Shown here: piece after piece, positions 19,185-32,710 of the stretch
Numbering within the stretch: position 1 is the stretch's first letter
How the letters are laid out: each line of letters begins with the position of its first letter
From: Myxococcota bacterium
GTDB taxonomy: Bacteria; Myxococcota_A; UBA796; UBA2385
Assembly (NCBI GenBank): GCA_044344255.1
Contig: JBIJDH010000013.1
Span: 128,001-192,000 of the forward strand
DNA length: 64,000 nt
Direction: 5' to 3'
The notes under the pieces: model-generated
The model's database searches: none
What the model was told of the DNA's origin: nothing
The model's input: the letters and a program-made list of their open reading frames with translations, nothing else
Program-made: the position numbers and the translations under genes

Positions 19185-20234
19185 CTACCGACGGAGGCCG
19201 GTCGCTCGGAACGTCTCGTTGTTGCGCACCCGACGGGTGACGCTCACGTCGGCGTAGCCGCCCTCGGTGAACATCACCTCCAGCTTCTCCCGATTGAACC
19301 AGTTCTTGACCGGGATCCGCAGACGATCGTAGACGTCCGCCACGACGACGTTGAAGGGCCATTGGTGGTGGTCGTGGACCGGCAGGTGCGAGACCACGGG
19401 GCCGGCCACCGGGAGCTTGTTTAGCAGACGGTACGGCGTGTGGCTGAACAAACGAAGCCCGCTGGAGATGACCTGGCTCACACGATGGAGCTCTTCCGGC
19501 TCCAAGCCCGTCGTGACGGCCCGGATCGCGCCGCTGAGGGCCAACGTCACCCCCTGTCGACCGCCGTAGACCCACACCATCAGGCGACCGCCGGTGCGGA
19601 GGGTGTCGCCCAGGGCCTGAAAGGCGTCGGCGGGCCGATCGATGTGATGCAGCACCCCGAAGGAGTACGCCACATCGAAGCGCCCCTCGCGGAAGGGCGG
19701 GTGGTAGACGTCCCCCTGAACGACGTGCACTCGCTCACAATTGCGCGTGTTCGCGGCCGCGGAGGCCACAGCGTCTCCGCTGGAGTCGAGGGCGACGACC
19801 TCGGCGCCATAACGAGCCGCGAAATAGGCGTGCCGCCCGTAGCCGCAGCCCGCATCCAACACCAGCTTACCGATGAAGTCCTCCGCCCGCATCGGGGTGG
19901 CGTGCTCCAGGAAGTTCTGCTCCCAGGCCTCGGCCGCGGTGTCGAAGGTGGTCCAGCGATGTGCGGTGGCGGGGCCCTCATCCGCGCCCTTCGGGAGCAT
20001 CCGGGGGATGCCATCCCGGATCGGATAAATTGCGCCGCAATCACCACAGTGGAGCGCCCCCTCCATCACCTCGACCTCGGTGAGCCGGTCGAGATCGACC
20101 CCTGCGGGGTTGCCCTCCTCGGCCTCGAAGTGCCCATGGGTGATCGTCCGGTTCTCGGTCCGCCGCGTCTCGAGCGAGAGGTCCGGGCTCTTGCAAACGG
20201 GGCAGGCGAGCCATTGCAGGAGGCGGTACTTCAC
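19185..20234 (-). CDS. Trm112-like zinc-finger / class I SAM methyltransferase fusion
   Basis: GTG start with AAAGGAG RBS; LLQWLACPVC...GALHCGDC...YPIRDGIPRML; VLDAGCGYGR; YSFGVLHH. Confidence 0.85.
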   Translation of the reverse strand: MKYRLLQWLACPVCKSPDLSLETRRTENRTITHGHFEAEEGNPAGVDLDRLTEVEVMEGALHCGDCGAIYPIRDGIPRMLPKGADEGPATAHRWTTFDTAAEAWEQNFLEHATPMRAEDFIGKLVLDAGCGYGRHAYFAARYGAEVVALDSSGDAVASAAANTRNCERVHVVQGDVYHPPFREGRFDVAYSFGVLHHIDRPADAFQALGDTLRTGGRLMVWVYGGRQGVTLALSGAIRAVTTGLEPEELHRVSQVISSGLRLFSHTPYRLLNKLPVAGPVVSHLPVHDHHQWPFNVVVADVYDRLRIPVKNWFNREKLEVMFTEGGYADVSVTRRVRNNETFRATGLRR

Positions 20235-20543
20235 GGGGTAGCTCCTTTCGAAGTTAGGGGACGGAGCCCAGACAGTGGGCCGCGCGCGAACATGCATCGC
20301 GCCCGGCCGGCGATCAATCGTGTGGCATACACACCGTGCGCAGATTCGGCAAGACCGAGCGAGGCCCGGCGGGTGTCTGCGAAGTAGCCTCGGTGCGCCG
20401 CTCGTGGTAAAGATGCGCCACTTCAATCCCATCGAGCCCATCCGACCGCTTGACCGTTGATCTGCACCGGCAGGCTGAGAGAGACCGCCCGACCGCTCGT
20501 GATCGAGCGGTCCCGAGGCTGGTCGGACGGCAGGAGCAAGGTG

Positions 20544-22370
<1,827 letters not shown>

Positions 22371-22440
22371 ATCCTCGCGGAAGCCTCCTCACTGAGCCAT
22401 CTCTCCTGTCTGCGTTTCGTCGCTGAACGAAGGAACCGCC

Positions 22441-23466
22441 ATGACCACCCACGAAGATCCGACCGCCTACACGAAGAAAGACTTCATGTCGGATCAGGTG
22501 ATCCGCTGGTGCCCCGGCTGCGGGGACTACAGCATCCTCTCCCAGGTCCAGACCGTCTTCGCTGAGCTGGGGATCCCCCGGCACCAGTTCGCGGTCGTGA
22601 GCGGGATCGGCTGCTCCAGCCGCTTCCCCTATTACCTCTCGACCTATGGGTTCCACACGATCCACGGTCGCGCCCCGGCCTTCGCCACGGGCCTCAAGAT
22701 CGCGAACCCCGACCTCAGCGTCTGGCTGGCGACCGGAGACGGCGACGCGCTCAGCATCGGTGGAAATCACTTCATCCACTTGCTCCGCCGGAACGTCGAC
22801 CTCCAGATCCTGCTGTTCAACAACCGGATCTACGGCCTCACAAAGGGCCAGTATTCGCCCACCTCCGAGGCGGGAAAGAAGACCAAGTCCACCCCGATGG
22901 GCTCGGTTGACCACCCCTTCGTGCCCTGCGCGGTGGCCCTCGGCGCCGACGCCACCTTCGTGGCCCGCACCGTCGACATCTTCACCACGCAGCAGCGCGA
23001 CGTGCTGCGGGCCGCGCACCTGCACAAGGGCACCTCCTTCGTTGAGATCCTGCAGAACTGCAACATCTTCAACGACGGCGCCTGGACCCTCCTCACCGAG
23101 AAGGCCACCAAGGACGACGCCGTGATCTTCGTCGAGCACGGCAAGCCCCTGACCTTCGGCGGCGGAAAGGGCGGGGTCAAGAAGGGCCTGCGCCTCACGC
23201 CCCGCCTGGAGATCGATGTGGTGGAGCTGCCGGAGGGCGCCTCCGAGGCCGACATCCTCGTCCACGACGAGACCAACCCCATCCTCGCCACCTTGCTGGC
23301 CCGCCTCGCCCCGCCCTTCCCCATGGCGATGGGCGTGATCTTCCGTACCCAGCGCCCCGCCTACGAGGCCGAGGTGCACGAGCAGCTGGAGGCCGCCAAG
23401 GCGAAGGCCGGCTCCGGGGACCTCCGCAAGCTGGTCTACGGTGGATCTTCCTGGGAAGTGAAGTAG
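22441..23466 (+). CDS. korB: 2-oxoacid:ferredoxin oxidoreductase subunit beta
   Basis: WCPGCGD, SGIGCSSR, TPP motif GDGDALSIGGNH...NN, YGLTKGQ. Confidence 0.95.
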   Translation: MTTHEDPTAYTKKDFMSDQVIRWCPGCGDYSILSQVQTVFAELGIPRHQFAVVSGIGCSSRFPYYLSTYGFHTIHGRAPAFATGLKIANPDLSVWLATGDGDALSIGGNHFIHLLRRNVDLQILLFNNRIYGLTKGQYSPTSEAGKKTKSTPMGSVDHPFVPCAVALGADATFVARTVDIFTTQQRDVLRAAHLHKGTSFVEILQNCNIFNDGAWTLLTEKATKDDAVIFVEHGKPLTFGGGKGGVKKGLRLTPRLEIDVVELPEGASEADILVHDETNPILATLLARLAPPFPMAMGVIFRTQRPAYEAEVHEQLEAAKAKAGSGDLRKLVYGGSSWEVK

Positions 23467-23504
23467 GACCGGACCAGGACGCGAGACCGGAGAGAGGACG
23501 CCCG

Positions 23505-24320
23505 ATGCCCCGCCCCATCGCCCTGCTGCCTGAGGGGGCGCTCCACGGCCTCGTCGGGCTCCTCTGCGACATCGACGACACCCTCACCTGGGAGGGGCGG
23601 ATCATCCCGGGCGCGCTCGAGGCTCTCCACCGGGCCCGGGCCGCGGGGCTCCGGGTGATCCCCGTCACCGGCCGCCCCGCCGGCTGGGTCGACCACATCG
23701 CCCGCATGTGGCCCGTCGACGGCTGCGTGGGGGAGAACGGCGGCCTCTGGTTCTGGATGGGCGACGGAAAGCTGCAGCGCCGCTTCCTCCAGCCCGCCGA
23801 GGAGCGCACCCGAAACCGCGCCGCCCTCGAAGAGCTGGCCGTCGAGATCCTCGCCGATGTGCCCGGCACCGCCCTCGCCAGCGACCAGCCCTATCGAGAG
23901 CTCGATCTCGCCATCGACTTCTGCGAAGACGTGCCCCCGCTCGGAGACGCCGCGATCGACCGCATCCTCGCCGGCTTCCACCGCCGCGGCGCCACGGCCA
24001 AGGTGAGCTCGATCCACGTCAACGGGTGGTTCGGCAGCTTCGACAAGCTCACGGGCATCCGACGATTCCACCAGGATCGCTGGGGCGAGCCCATTGACCT
24101 TCAGCGCTGGGCCTTCTTTGGCGACTCCGCAAATGACGAGCCCATGTTCGCGGCCTTCCCCCTGTCGGTGGGCGTCGCGAACGTCGTCCACTTCCTGCCG
24201 CGCATGAAGGCCCACCCCGCCTGGATCACCGAGGCGCCGGGTGGCCACGGCTTCGTCGAGGCCGTCGAGATCCTCCTCGCCCGCCGCGGCGCCCAGCCGG
24301 GCTCCGGAGCCACACCATGA
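23505..24320 (+). CDS. HAD-superfamily hydrolase, subfamily IIB
   Basis: DIDDTLT, VTGRP, ENGG, FDK and GDSANDEPMF motifs. Confidence 0.88.
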   Translation: MPRPIALLPEGALHGLVGLLCDIDDTLTWEGRIIPGALEALHRARAAGLRVIPVTGRPAGWVDHIARMWPVDGCVGENGGLWFWMGDGKLQRRFLQPAEERTRNRAALEELAVEILADVPGTALASDQPYRELDLAIDFCEDVPPLGDAAIDRILAGFHRRGATAKVSSIHVNGWFGSFDKLTGIRRFHQDRWGEPIDLQRWAFFGDSANDEPMFAAFPLSVGVANVVHFLPRMKAHPAWITEAPGGHGFVEAVEILLARRGAQPGSGATP

Positions 24321-25048
24321 GCACGCTCGCGGGGAAGGTCGTTTGTATCACCGGCGCCAGCCGTGGCCTCGGCGCGGCGATGGCCCGGGCCTTCGCCGCT
24401 GAAGGTGCATCCTTGGTCCTCGGCGCCCGCACCCTACACGAGCTGGAGGCCCTCGCCGCGACCTTGCCCACGCAGGTGGTCGTGCTGCAGACAGACGTCC
24501 GCCGGGCCGCCGACTGCGTCGCCCTCGTGGCCGCCGCGGTGGAGCGCTTCGGTCGCCTCGACGTCATGGTGAACAACGCCGGGCTCGCCATCTACGGCGA
24601 CGTGCTGAGCATCACCGAGGCACAGCTTGAGCTCATGCTCTCCACCAACGTGGGCGGGGTCGTCTTCGGCAGCCAGGCCGCCCTTCGGGTGATGAAGGCG
24701 CAAGGCTCGGGCCTCATCATCAACGTGAGCTCGATCGCGGGAAAGCTCCACCTCCCCAACGAGTCGGCCTACAACGCTAGCAAGTGGGCGGTGAACGGCT
24801 TCACGGGCACGCTCCGCCTCGAGGCCGAGCCCCACGGCGTCAAGGTCACCTGCCTCTGCCCGGGAGGGATCGACACGCCCTTCTGGGAGGGGATGGCCAC
24901 CTTCCCCTTCCCCACCGACCGCATCCAGCCCAAGCGAGACTTCATGCGGCCCGAAGAGGTGGCCTCGACGGTGGTGCACATCTGCCAGGGCTCGGAGCGC
25001 TACGTCCTCCCGGAGGTGGTGATGCTCCCGGTGATCCGCCCCGCCTGA
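24317..25048 (+). CDS. Short-chain dehydrogenase/reductase (SDR)
   Basis: TGASRGLG, NNAG, SS and YNASK catalytic motifs. Confidence 0.92.
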   Translation: MSTLAGKVVCITGASRGLGAAMARAFAAEGASLVLGARTLHELEALAATLPTQVVVLQTDVRRAADCVALVAAAVERFGRLDVMVNNAGLAIYGDVLSITEAQLELMLSTNVGGVVFGSQAALRVMKAQGSGLIINVSSIAGKLHLPNESAYNASKWAVNGFTGTLRLEAEPHGVKVTCLCPGGIDTPFWEGMATFPFPTDRIQPKRDFMRPEEVASTVVHICQGSERYVLPEVVMLPVIRPA

Positions 25049-25054
25049 ACGGAT

Positions 25055-25084
25055 GGCCCGAACCCCCAGCCGGGGGCTCGGGCC
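25055..25084. terminator. Hairpin between convergent SDR and ahcY
   Basis: GGCCCGAACCCCC-AGCC-GGGGGCTCGGGCC; no U-tract. Confidence 0.5.
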
Positions 25085-25091
25085 GCGTCGC

Positions 25092-26663
<1,572 letters not shown>

Positions 26664-26705
26664 GGGTTCCTCGGTGGGAGCGCGGCCGTTGGCCGGCGGG
26701 TTCTC

Positions 26706-26731
26706 CATTCGTGTATCCGGATGGACGAATG
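26706..26731. promoter_or_regulatory. Palindromic operator between ahcY and the SahR-like regulator
   Basis: CATTCGT-GT-ATCCGGAT-GG-ACGAATG, a 26-bp near-perfect inverted repeat in a 105-bp divergent intergenic region. Confidence 0.7.
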
Positions 26732-26768
26732 AACCGCAAGCCGATACTGCGAGCGGGAGGAAAAAATC

Positions 26769-27773
26769 GTGAACGGCCCGCTGTTTGACCGCCTGAGCGC
26801 GCTCTCGGAGCCCATCCGCGCCCGGCTGCTCCGCGTGCTGGCCCGAGAGGAGCTCGCTGTCGGGGAGCTGGCCCGTGTGCTGCAGACCTCCCAGCCCACC
26901 GTCAGCCGCCACTTGAAGCAGCTCGAAGAGGGGGGCTGGGTGAGCAAGCGGCGGGCGGGCACGGCGAGCTACCTCCGGCTCGTCCCCGCCGATCTCAGCC
27001 CGGAGGCGCGGTCCCTGTGGCAGCTCGTGTCGGCGGCGATGGAGGCCGAGGCGGAGCCCGCCAGCCAATACGCCGAGGACCTCCGCCGCCTCGAGGGGGT
27101 GCTCGCCGCCCGCACCGGCGACAGCGAAGAGCTCTTCCGGCGCCTCGCCGGCCGCTGGGACCTCGTTCGTCACGAGCTCTTCGGCGACGCCTACCTACCT
27201 CCGGCCCTGGTCGCCCTCTTGCCCCCCGGCCTCACCATCGCCGATCTCGGCTGCGGCACTGGCGCGGTCCTGCCCGTGCTCGCTCCGGCGGCCGCGCGCC
27301 TGATCGGCGTCGACCGCGAGGAGGCGATGCTCGACGTCGCCCGCGAGCGGGTCGCCGGCCTGCCCCGCGTCGAGCTGCGCCGCGGTCTGCTCGACGCCCT
27401 CCCCCTCGACTCCGCCTCGATCGACGTCGCGCTGTGCCAGCTCGTGTTGCACCATGTCCGCGACCTGCCGCCCGTCTTCGCCGAGCTGCGCCGCGTCCTC
27501 GTGCCCGGGGGGCGCTGGGTGATCCTCGACATGGCCGAGCACGACCGGGAGGAGTACCGCGACACGATGGGGCACCAGCACCGGGGCTTCTCCGAGCAGA
27601 CCCTCGCCGGACTCGCCGAGGGCGCGGGCCTCCGCCTCACCGCCTACCGCCCGCTGCCGGCCGATCCCGCCGCCCAGGGCCCGAGCCTCGCCCTCGCGGT
27701 GCTGGAGAGGGCCCCTGAGCCCGCCGAGCGCCCGCCGCTCAAGGAGACTCCAAGCTCGGCACCACCTGGGTGA
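26769..27773 (+). CDS. sahR: ArsR-HTH / SAM-binding methyltransferase-fold regulator (SahR-like)
   Basis: [11 protein letters not shown]...ELAVGEL...[15 protein letters not shown] followed by IADLGCGTG and LVLHH; divergent from ahcY. Confidence 0.8.
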   Translation: MNGPLFDRLSALSEPIRARLLRVLAREELAVGELARVLQTSQPTVSRHLKQLEEGGWVSKRRAGTASYLRLVPADLSPEARSLWQLVSAAMEAEAEPASQYAEDLRRLEGVLAARTGDSEELFRRLAGRWDLVRHELFGDAYLPPALVALLPPGLTIADLGCGTGAVLPVLAPAAARLIGVDREEAMLDVARERVAGLPRVELRRGLLDALPLDSASIDVALCQLVLHHVRDLPPVFAELRRVLVPGGRWVILDMAEHDREEYRDTMGHQHRGFSEQTLAGLAEGAGLRLTAYRPLPADPAAQGPSLALAVLERAPEPAERPPLKETPSSAPPG

Positions 27774-28647
27774 TCACGGTCACCATCGCCGGCCCGAGCA
27801 ACACGATGAACAGCGGCGGCAGCACGAGGAGGATCATCGCGACGGTGAGCTGAGGGGCCGCCTCAGCGGCGCGACGCTCGGCGTCCAGCAGGCGGCGGCG
27901 GCGGGTGAGCTGGGCGTGGGCCCGGAGAGACTGCGCGATGCTCGAGCCGTACCGCTCCGCCTGCGCGAACAGGTTGACCAGGGCCGCGAGCTCCTCGATC
28001 CCGACCCGCACCTCCATCGCCTTCAGCGCGTCGATGCGGCGGATCCCCGCGCGGAGCTCGGCGTTGACCATCGCGAGCTCCGCCGAAAAGCTGGGGGAGA
28101 TCGGGCGGAGCTGGCGCGCCAGATATTGAAAGGCCGCGTCGAGGCCGAGCCCGGACTCGAGGCAGCTCACGAGCATGTCGAGCGCGTTCGGCAGCACGTC
28201 GCGGGCCTCCCGCTGGCGCCCCACCCGAAGGGTGCGCACCGCGAACCAGGGCGCGTAGTAGCCGATCGTCGCCACGATGAGGCCCACCAGGACCTCGAAG
28301 AGCAGGCGCAGCTCCGGCACGAAGATCAGCACCACCAGCGGGAGGAGAACGGCGAGCAGCCCGCGCACGGCGAGGTAGACCTCCAGGTTTCGCGGTCCAC
28401 GGAAGCCCGCCTGTACGAGCTCGTTCCGTTGGAGCGAGACCTCAACCGGGTCAGTCGGGCGCGCGAGCCGCCCCAACGTCTCCGTGAAGGGAGAGGGTGG
28501 CGCGACCGGCGCGAAGGCGGAGGCGCCCGCGTCGCTCACCGCGCCGACCCGGCCGGCAGCGCGGCGGGACCGCAGGGCGACAATTCCCAGCCCCGCCGTG
28601 GCGAGGGTGCCACCGAACACGATGGCGACGAGCACCAAGGGGGACAC
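27739..28647 (-). CDS. tadC: Tad pilus platform protein TadC
   Basis: LPNALDMLVSCLESGLGLDAA, ELRAG, AERYGSSIAQSLR, LPPLFIVLLGPA. Confidence 0.9.
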   Translation of the reverse strand: MSPLVLVAIVFGGTLATAGLGIVALRSRRAAGRVGAVSDAGASAFAPVAPPSPFTETLGRLARPTDPVEVSLQRNELVQAGFRGPRNLEVYLAVRGLLAVLLPLVVLIFVPELRLLFEVLVGLIVATIGYYAPWFAVRTLRVGRQREARDVLPNALDMLVSCLESGLGLDAAFQYLARQLRPISPSFSAELAMVNAELRAGIRRIDALKAMEVRVGIEELAALVNLFAQAERYGSSIAQSLRAHAQLTRRRRLLDAERRAAEAAPQLTVAMILLVLPPLFIVLLGPAMVTVITQVVPSLESP

Positions 28648-28648
28648 C

Positions 28649-29587
28649 TCAGACCTCCACGCGAGCCAGGCGCCGCATCACGACCCCCGCCAGCACAAGG
28701 GAGGCCACCGCGAAGCCGAGCAGCTTGTTCCCGAGCGAGGTCTGGATGAGCGGCAGCAGGTAGTTGGGCTGCATCACGGCGAGGGCGCCCGTGACGAGGA
28801 AGGGCAGCACGCCAAGGATCACCGCCGACATCCTCACCTCCGCGGTCAACGCCTTGACCTTCTGCTTGAAGGTCTGCTGCTCGCGCATCATCTCCGCCAT
28901 GTGGTCGAGCATCTCGACCATGTTCCCGCCGGTCTCCCGGTGCAGCAGCACCGCGCCCACGAACAGACTGATGTCGAAGTTGCCGGAGTTTCGAACCACG
29001 AGGCTCTCGAGGCAGTCCTCCATGCTGATGCCGAGGCGGTGCTTCTCCGAGACCCGCAGCAGCTCCTCGCCGATCGGAGGGGGCTGCTCGCCGCCCGCCA
29101 CCTTCAAGGCCTCGGAGAAGGCGTGCCCGGAGCGCAGCGTACGCGCGATGCAGTCGAGGGCGTCCGGGAGGAGGAGGGTGAGGGAGAGGGAGCGCTGGTC
29201 GCCGCGCCTCCGCAACAGCAAGAGGGGGATCGCCCCGGCCAGCAGGCCCAGGCCGCCGAGCATCCCGTGCCCCGCCGCGATCCCGCCGACGACGCCACCT
29301 GCGAGGCCCACGAGGCCGAAGACGGCGCTCTGGATCAGGAAATCCCGCTCTCCTCGTGTGTCTCCGGCCCGATCGAGCTGCGTGCGCAGCCAACGAAGGG
29401 GGGACTCCTGCGTGCCGCGCAGCAACAAGAGCTCGGCCGCAGCCGGGGCCTGGACCCCGATCCGCTGAGCGAGCGCCGAGCGCGCGGACGCCCGCTTCTC
29501 CACCCAGGCCCACCAGACGAGCGTGCCGATCAGCAGCGTCGCCACGAAGGTGACCAGGGAGACGAAGAGGACGACCCCTTGGGCCAC
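28649..29587 (-). CDS. tadB: Tad pilus platform protein TadB
   Basis: LPDALDCIARTLRSGH, HRETGGNMVEML, KVKALTAEVRMS; GTG start inferred next to the cpaF stop. Confidence 0.9.
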   Translation of the reverse strand: MAQGVVLFVSLVTFVATLLIGTLVWWAWVEKRASARSALAQRIGVQAPAAAELLLLRGTQESPLRWLRTQLDRAGDTRGERDFLIQSAVFGLVGLAGGVVGGIAAGHGMLGGLGLLAGAIPLLLLRRRGDQRSLSLTLLLPDALDCIARTLRSGHAFSEALKVAGGEQPPPIGEELLRVSEKHRLGISMEDCLESLVVRNSGNFDISLFVGAVLLHRETGGNMVEMLDHMAEMMREQQTFKQKVKALTAEVRMSAVILGVLPFLVTGALAVMQPNYLLPLIQTSLGNKLLGFAVASLVLAGVVMRRLARVEV

Positions 29588-29588
29588 T

Positions 29589-30908
29589 TCAGACCTCGAT
29601 GTGGCAATTGAGCGTCTCGGCAGGGATCTCGATGCCGATCGAGGCGAGCCGGGACGCAAAATTGGGCCGCAGACCAGTGGCCTCCATCACTCCCCTCACC
29701 TTGCCCTCCGCGTCGACCGTGCGCTGGCGAAAGCGGTAGACCTCCTGGGTGGAGATGATGCCGCTCTCCATCCCCGTGATCTCGGTGATCGAGGTGATGC
29801 GCCGCTTCCCGTCGGAGAGCCGGTTCGCCTGGATGACGAGGTGGATGGCCTGGACGATGATCTCCCGGATGGCCGGCCCCGGGAGGTTGCCCATCGCCAT
29901 GCCCACCATCATCTCCAGGCGGGCGAGCGCGTGGCGTGGGTTGTTGGCGTGGATGGTCGACAGGCTGCCCTCATGGCCGGTGTTCATGGCCTGGAGCATG
30001 TCGATCGCCTCGGCGCCTCGAATCTCTCCGACGATGATCCGATCCGGGCGCATTCGCAGCGAGTTGCGGACGAGGTCGCGGATCGACACCTCGCCCATCC
30101 CCTCGAGGTTGGGCGGGCGGGTCTCGAGCGGCACGACGTGGATCTGCTGCAGCTGCAGCTCGGCCGCGTCCTCGATCGTGACGATGCGCTCGTGCTCTGG
30201 GATGAAGGAGGAGAGCACGTTGAGCATCGTCGTCTTGCCCGAGCCCGTCCCCCCGGCGATGAGGATGTTGAGCTTGGCCTTGACGCAGCCCTCCAGCATA
30301 TCGAGGATGACCTGCGGCATGGCTCCAAAGCGCACGAGGTCCGAGCCGTGGATGGGCTTGACGCCGAAACGACGGATCGACACCACCGGGCCCTTCAGCG
30401 CGAGGGGCGCGATGATGGCGTTGAACCGGCTACCGTCCGAGAGGCGGGCGTCCACCATCGGGACGGACTCATCAATCCGGCGACCCACCCGCGACACGAT
30501 TCGATCGATGACGTGGAGCAAGTGGCGCTCATCTCGGAACCGGACGTCGGAGAGCTCCAGGCGCCCGCCGCGCTCGACGAAGATGCTGTCCGGGCCGTTG
30601 ACCAGGATGTCGGTGACATCCGGCATGCGGAGGAGGCGCTCGAGCGGGCCGTGGCCGAGGATCTCATCGAGGATGTCGTCGGAGAGGTCGTCCTGCTGGG
30701 CCTGCGTGAGCGGCAGGTTGCGTGACCGCACCGTCTCGCCCAGGCGTCGCCGCAGCTGCTGCTCCAGCTCCGGCCGAGGGATGTTCTTGATCGAGAGGGG
30801 ATCCAAGGACTCCACCAGCTCGCCATGGAGCTGCTGCATGATCTTCTGGTAGACCGCGTCTCGAGTCGGAGACCCCGCCGCGGGCGCATTGACGAGGCTG
30901 AAGGTCAT
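29589..30908 (-). CDS. cpaF: Tad pilus ATPase CpaF/TadA
   Basis: GPLERLL...DILVNG, GGTGSGKTT, TIEDAAEL, LRMRPDRIIVGEIRG, AMNTGHEGS; ATGA overlap with cpaE. Confidence 0.95.
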   Translation of the reverse strand: MTFSLVNAPAAGSPTRDAVYQKIMQQLHGELVESLDPLSIKNIPRPELEQQLRRRLGETVRSRNLPLTQAQQDDLSDDILDEILGHGPLERLLRMPDVTDILVNGPDSIFVERGGRLELSDVRFRDERHLLHVIDRIVSRVGRRIDESVPMVDARLSDGSRFNAIIAPLALKGPVVSIRRFGVKPIHGSDLVRFGAMPQVILDMLEGCVKAKLNILIAGGTGSGKTTMLNVLSSFIPEHERIVTIEDAAELQLQQIHVVPLETRPPNLEGMGEVSIRDLVRNSLRMRPDRIIVGEIRGAEAIDMLQAMNTGHEGSLSTIHANNPRHALARLEMMVGMAMGNLPGPAIREIIVQAIHLVIQANRLSDGKRRITSITEITGMESGIISTQEVYRFRQRTVDAEGKVRGVMEATGLRPNFASRLASIGIEIPAETLNCHIEV

Positions 30909-31672
30909 CTCAGGCTCCCAGGCCAGAACTTCCAGGTGTGTGCGGGGGCGGGCTTCTCGGTCAGCTTGTCCCACGCGGCGGCGATGTCCCGGACAAAGTC
31001 TGAGGAGCCATGGAGCTCTTTCACGATCTTTCCATTTCGGGCTGCATCCGCGCAGGCCGGATGGTCCCGCCGAAACGTGGCATGGATCTTCACCTTGAGG
31101 AGGGCCTCGATGTCTGCCTCCGAGAGATCCGGATAACGAAACAGCTGGCTGAGCACTAGCCAACGGCGATCATCTGAGACGCCCACCTCTCGGAGGAGGG
31201 CCAAGAGGCGGACCACGTTCTGGATCGCCAGCACGTCCGCCGTCGCGACGATCATCACGCGGTCCGCCACGTGAACGGCGGCCAGCATCGCCTCGCTGAC
31301 GCTGTCGCCACAGTCTACAAGGACGAGGTCCCAAGTCTGCCGGGCCACATCGAGGAGGTGAGTCACCTCCTCTCGCGTGGGCCGGACGAGCTGGCTGAGC
31401 TCGGTGGGCTGCGCCAGGATCGAGCACCGAGGGCCCGCGGAGAGCGCGCTGCCCCGGAGCTTGGCCGGATCGAGGGAGTCGGTCAACAGCTTCGGGATCG
31501 AGACCGCAGGGGACAGGTTGAGGAGACCGGCGAGGTCGCCCCGCCCGAAGTCGAGGTCCAAGGCGCACACCGTTCGACTGGACGCCAGCTCGGCCGCGAG
31601 GTTCGCGGTCAGGGTCGTGGTCCCGCAGCCCCCGCGCGCGCCGACCACCGCGACCACCCTCGGCTCCTCCAT
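30905..31672 (-). CDS. cpaE: CpaE/TadZ-like MinD/ParA-type ATPase without a receiver domain
   Basis: Deviant Walker A GARGGCGTT, LDLDFGRG, DLVLVD. Confidence 0.8.
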   Translation of the reverse strand: MEEPRVVAVVGARGGCGTTTLTANLAAELASSRTVCALDLDFGRGDLAGLLNLSPAVSIPKLLTDSLDPAKLRGSALSAGPRCSILAQPTELSQLVRPTREEVTHLLDVARQTWDLVLVDCGDSVSEAMLAAVHVADRVMIVATADVLAIQNVVRLLALLREVGVSDDRRWLVLSQLFRYPDLSEADIEALLKVKIHATFRRDHPACADAARNGKIVKELHGSSDFVRDIAAAWDKLTEKPAPAHTWKFWPGSLR

Positions 31673-31675
31673 GGC

Positions 31676-32710
31676 TCACTTCCCTCGATTGTTCGACGCG
31701 CCGCCCGTCTTCGGTCGGCCACCCTTCTGTCCCGTAGTGCCCACCTTCTCTCCGCCTTCAAACTGGACCGTCTCCTCTCGGCCGCCCTGGATGACGGTCG
31801 CGCTGCCCGAGCCGCCAGGCGCCGCCGCGCGGGTCGCGGTGCGGCTCGGGGCGCGCGCCTCCTTGACCGACTGCACCAGCTGCTCCCGCGCCGCGCTCGG
31901 GTCTGGGTTGATGTCGAGCATGCCTGCGGTCCCCAAGGGGTTGCCCTGGGTGATGAGCTCGAGGTCGTCTCGGGCCCGCAGCGAGAGGTAGAGCTCACCG
32001 CGCGCGGTGGCCATGGCCAGCTTCTCCACCTCGTCCGGCACGACCTCAAGGGTGGCGAAGATGTCACGGGGGACCGTCGCGGCCTTCCGCTCCTTGCCGG
32101 CCTTGCCGCTGGGGCGGGCCGGTGCATCGGCAACGCCGAGCACCTCGTCCCCCACCGCGAGCACGCGGATGGCCTGGAGGATGGTCTCGGTGACGTAGCC
32201 CGTGCTTGCGCCGCCCGCGGTGACGTCCGGCCGGATGGTGACGACCACGTCGACAAAAGCCCCGGGGCTGAGCATCCCCCCCACCCCAGAGGCGGCGTCG
32301 AGCTTCACGGTCACCGCGCGGGTGCCGGGCTTGAGCAAGGTCTCGGCGAGGGTCATCGAATTGCCGGTGGTCAGGCGCTCGGTGCGCAGGGGCTCTCCTG
32401 CGATGATCCGCTCGATCACCATCTCCCCGAGGAGGTCCTCCTTGTTCGTGAAGCGGCTCTCCATCGGCAGCGAGGCCGGCACCGGCCCGAGCACCATGTC
32501 GGTCGCGGTCAACACCGACCCGGCGCCGAGGTCGCGCGTGGCCACCAAGGCCTCGGTGGTGGCCTGCGATTGGCGAGCGTCCACGAGCTCTTCTTGGAAG
32601 GAGCTGACCACCCACCAGGCCCCGAAGGCGGTCAGGCCCGCGACCGCCACGGCCAGGCCGAGGAAGAGCAAGGAGCGATCGGCGCCTTTCGGTGCGACAG
32701 GTTCAGTCAA
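31676..32710 (-). CDS. cpaB: Flp pilus assembly protein CpaB/RcpC
   Basis: N-terminal TM, SAF domain (VATRDL...), GTRAVTV, GVGGMLSPGAFVDV, RVLAVG, GELYLSLR; TTG start. Confidence 0.9.
   Translation of the reverse strand: MTEPVAPKGADRSLLFLGLAVAVAGLTAFGAWWVVSSFQEELVDARQSQATTEALVATRDLGAGSVLTATDMVLGPVPASLPMESRFTNKEDLLGEMVIERIIAGEPLRTERLTTGNSMTLAETLLKPGTRAVTVKLDAASGVGGMLSPGAFVDVVVTIRPDVTAGGASTGYVTETILQAIRVLAVGDEVLGVADAPARPSGKAGKERKAATVPRDIFATLEVVPDEVEKLAMATARGELYLSLRARDDLELITQGNPLGTAGMLDINPDPSAAREQLVQSVKEARAPSRTATRAAAPGGSGSATVIQGGREETVQFEGGEKVGTTGQKGGRPKTGGASNNRGK

Noticed and set aside
26664..26768. SAH or SAM riboswitch upstream of ahcY
   Set aside because: The region is only 105 bp, is shared with a divergent gene and is dominated by a DNA palindrome; I recognised no riboswitch consensus. 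An Rfam scan would settle it.
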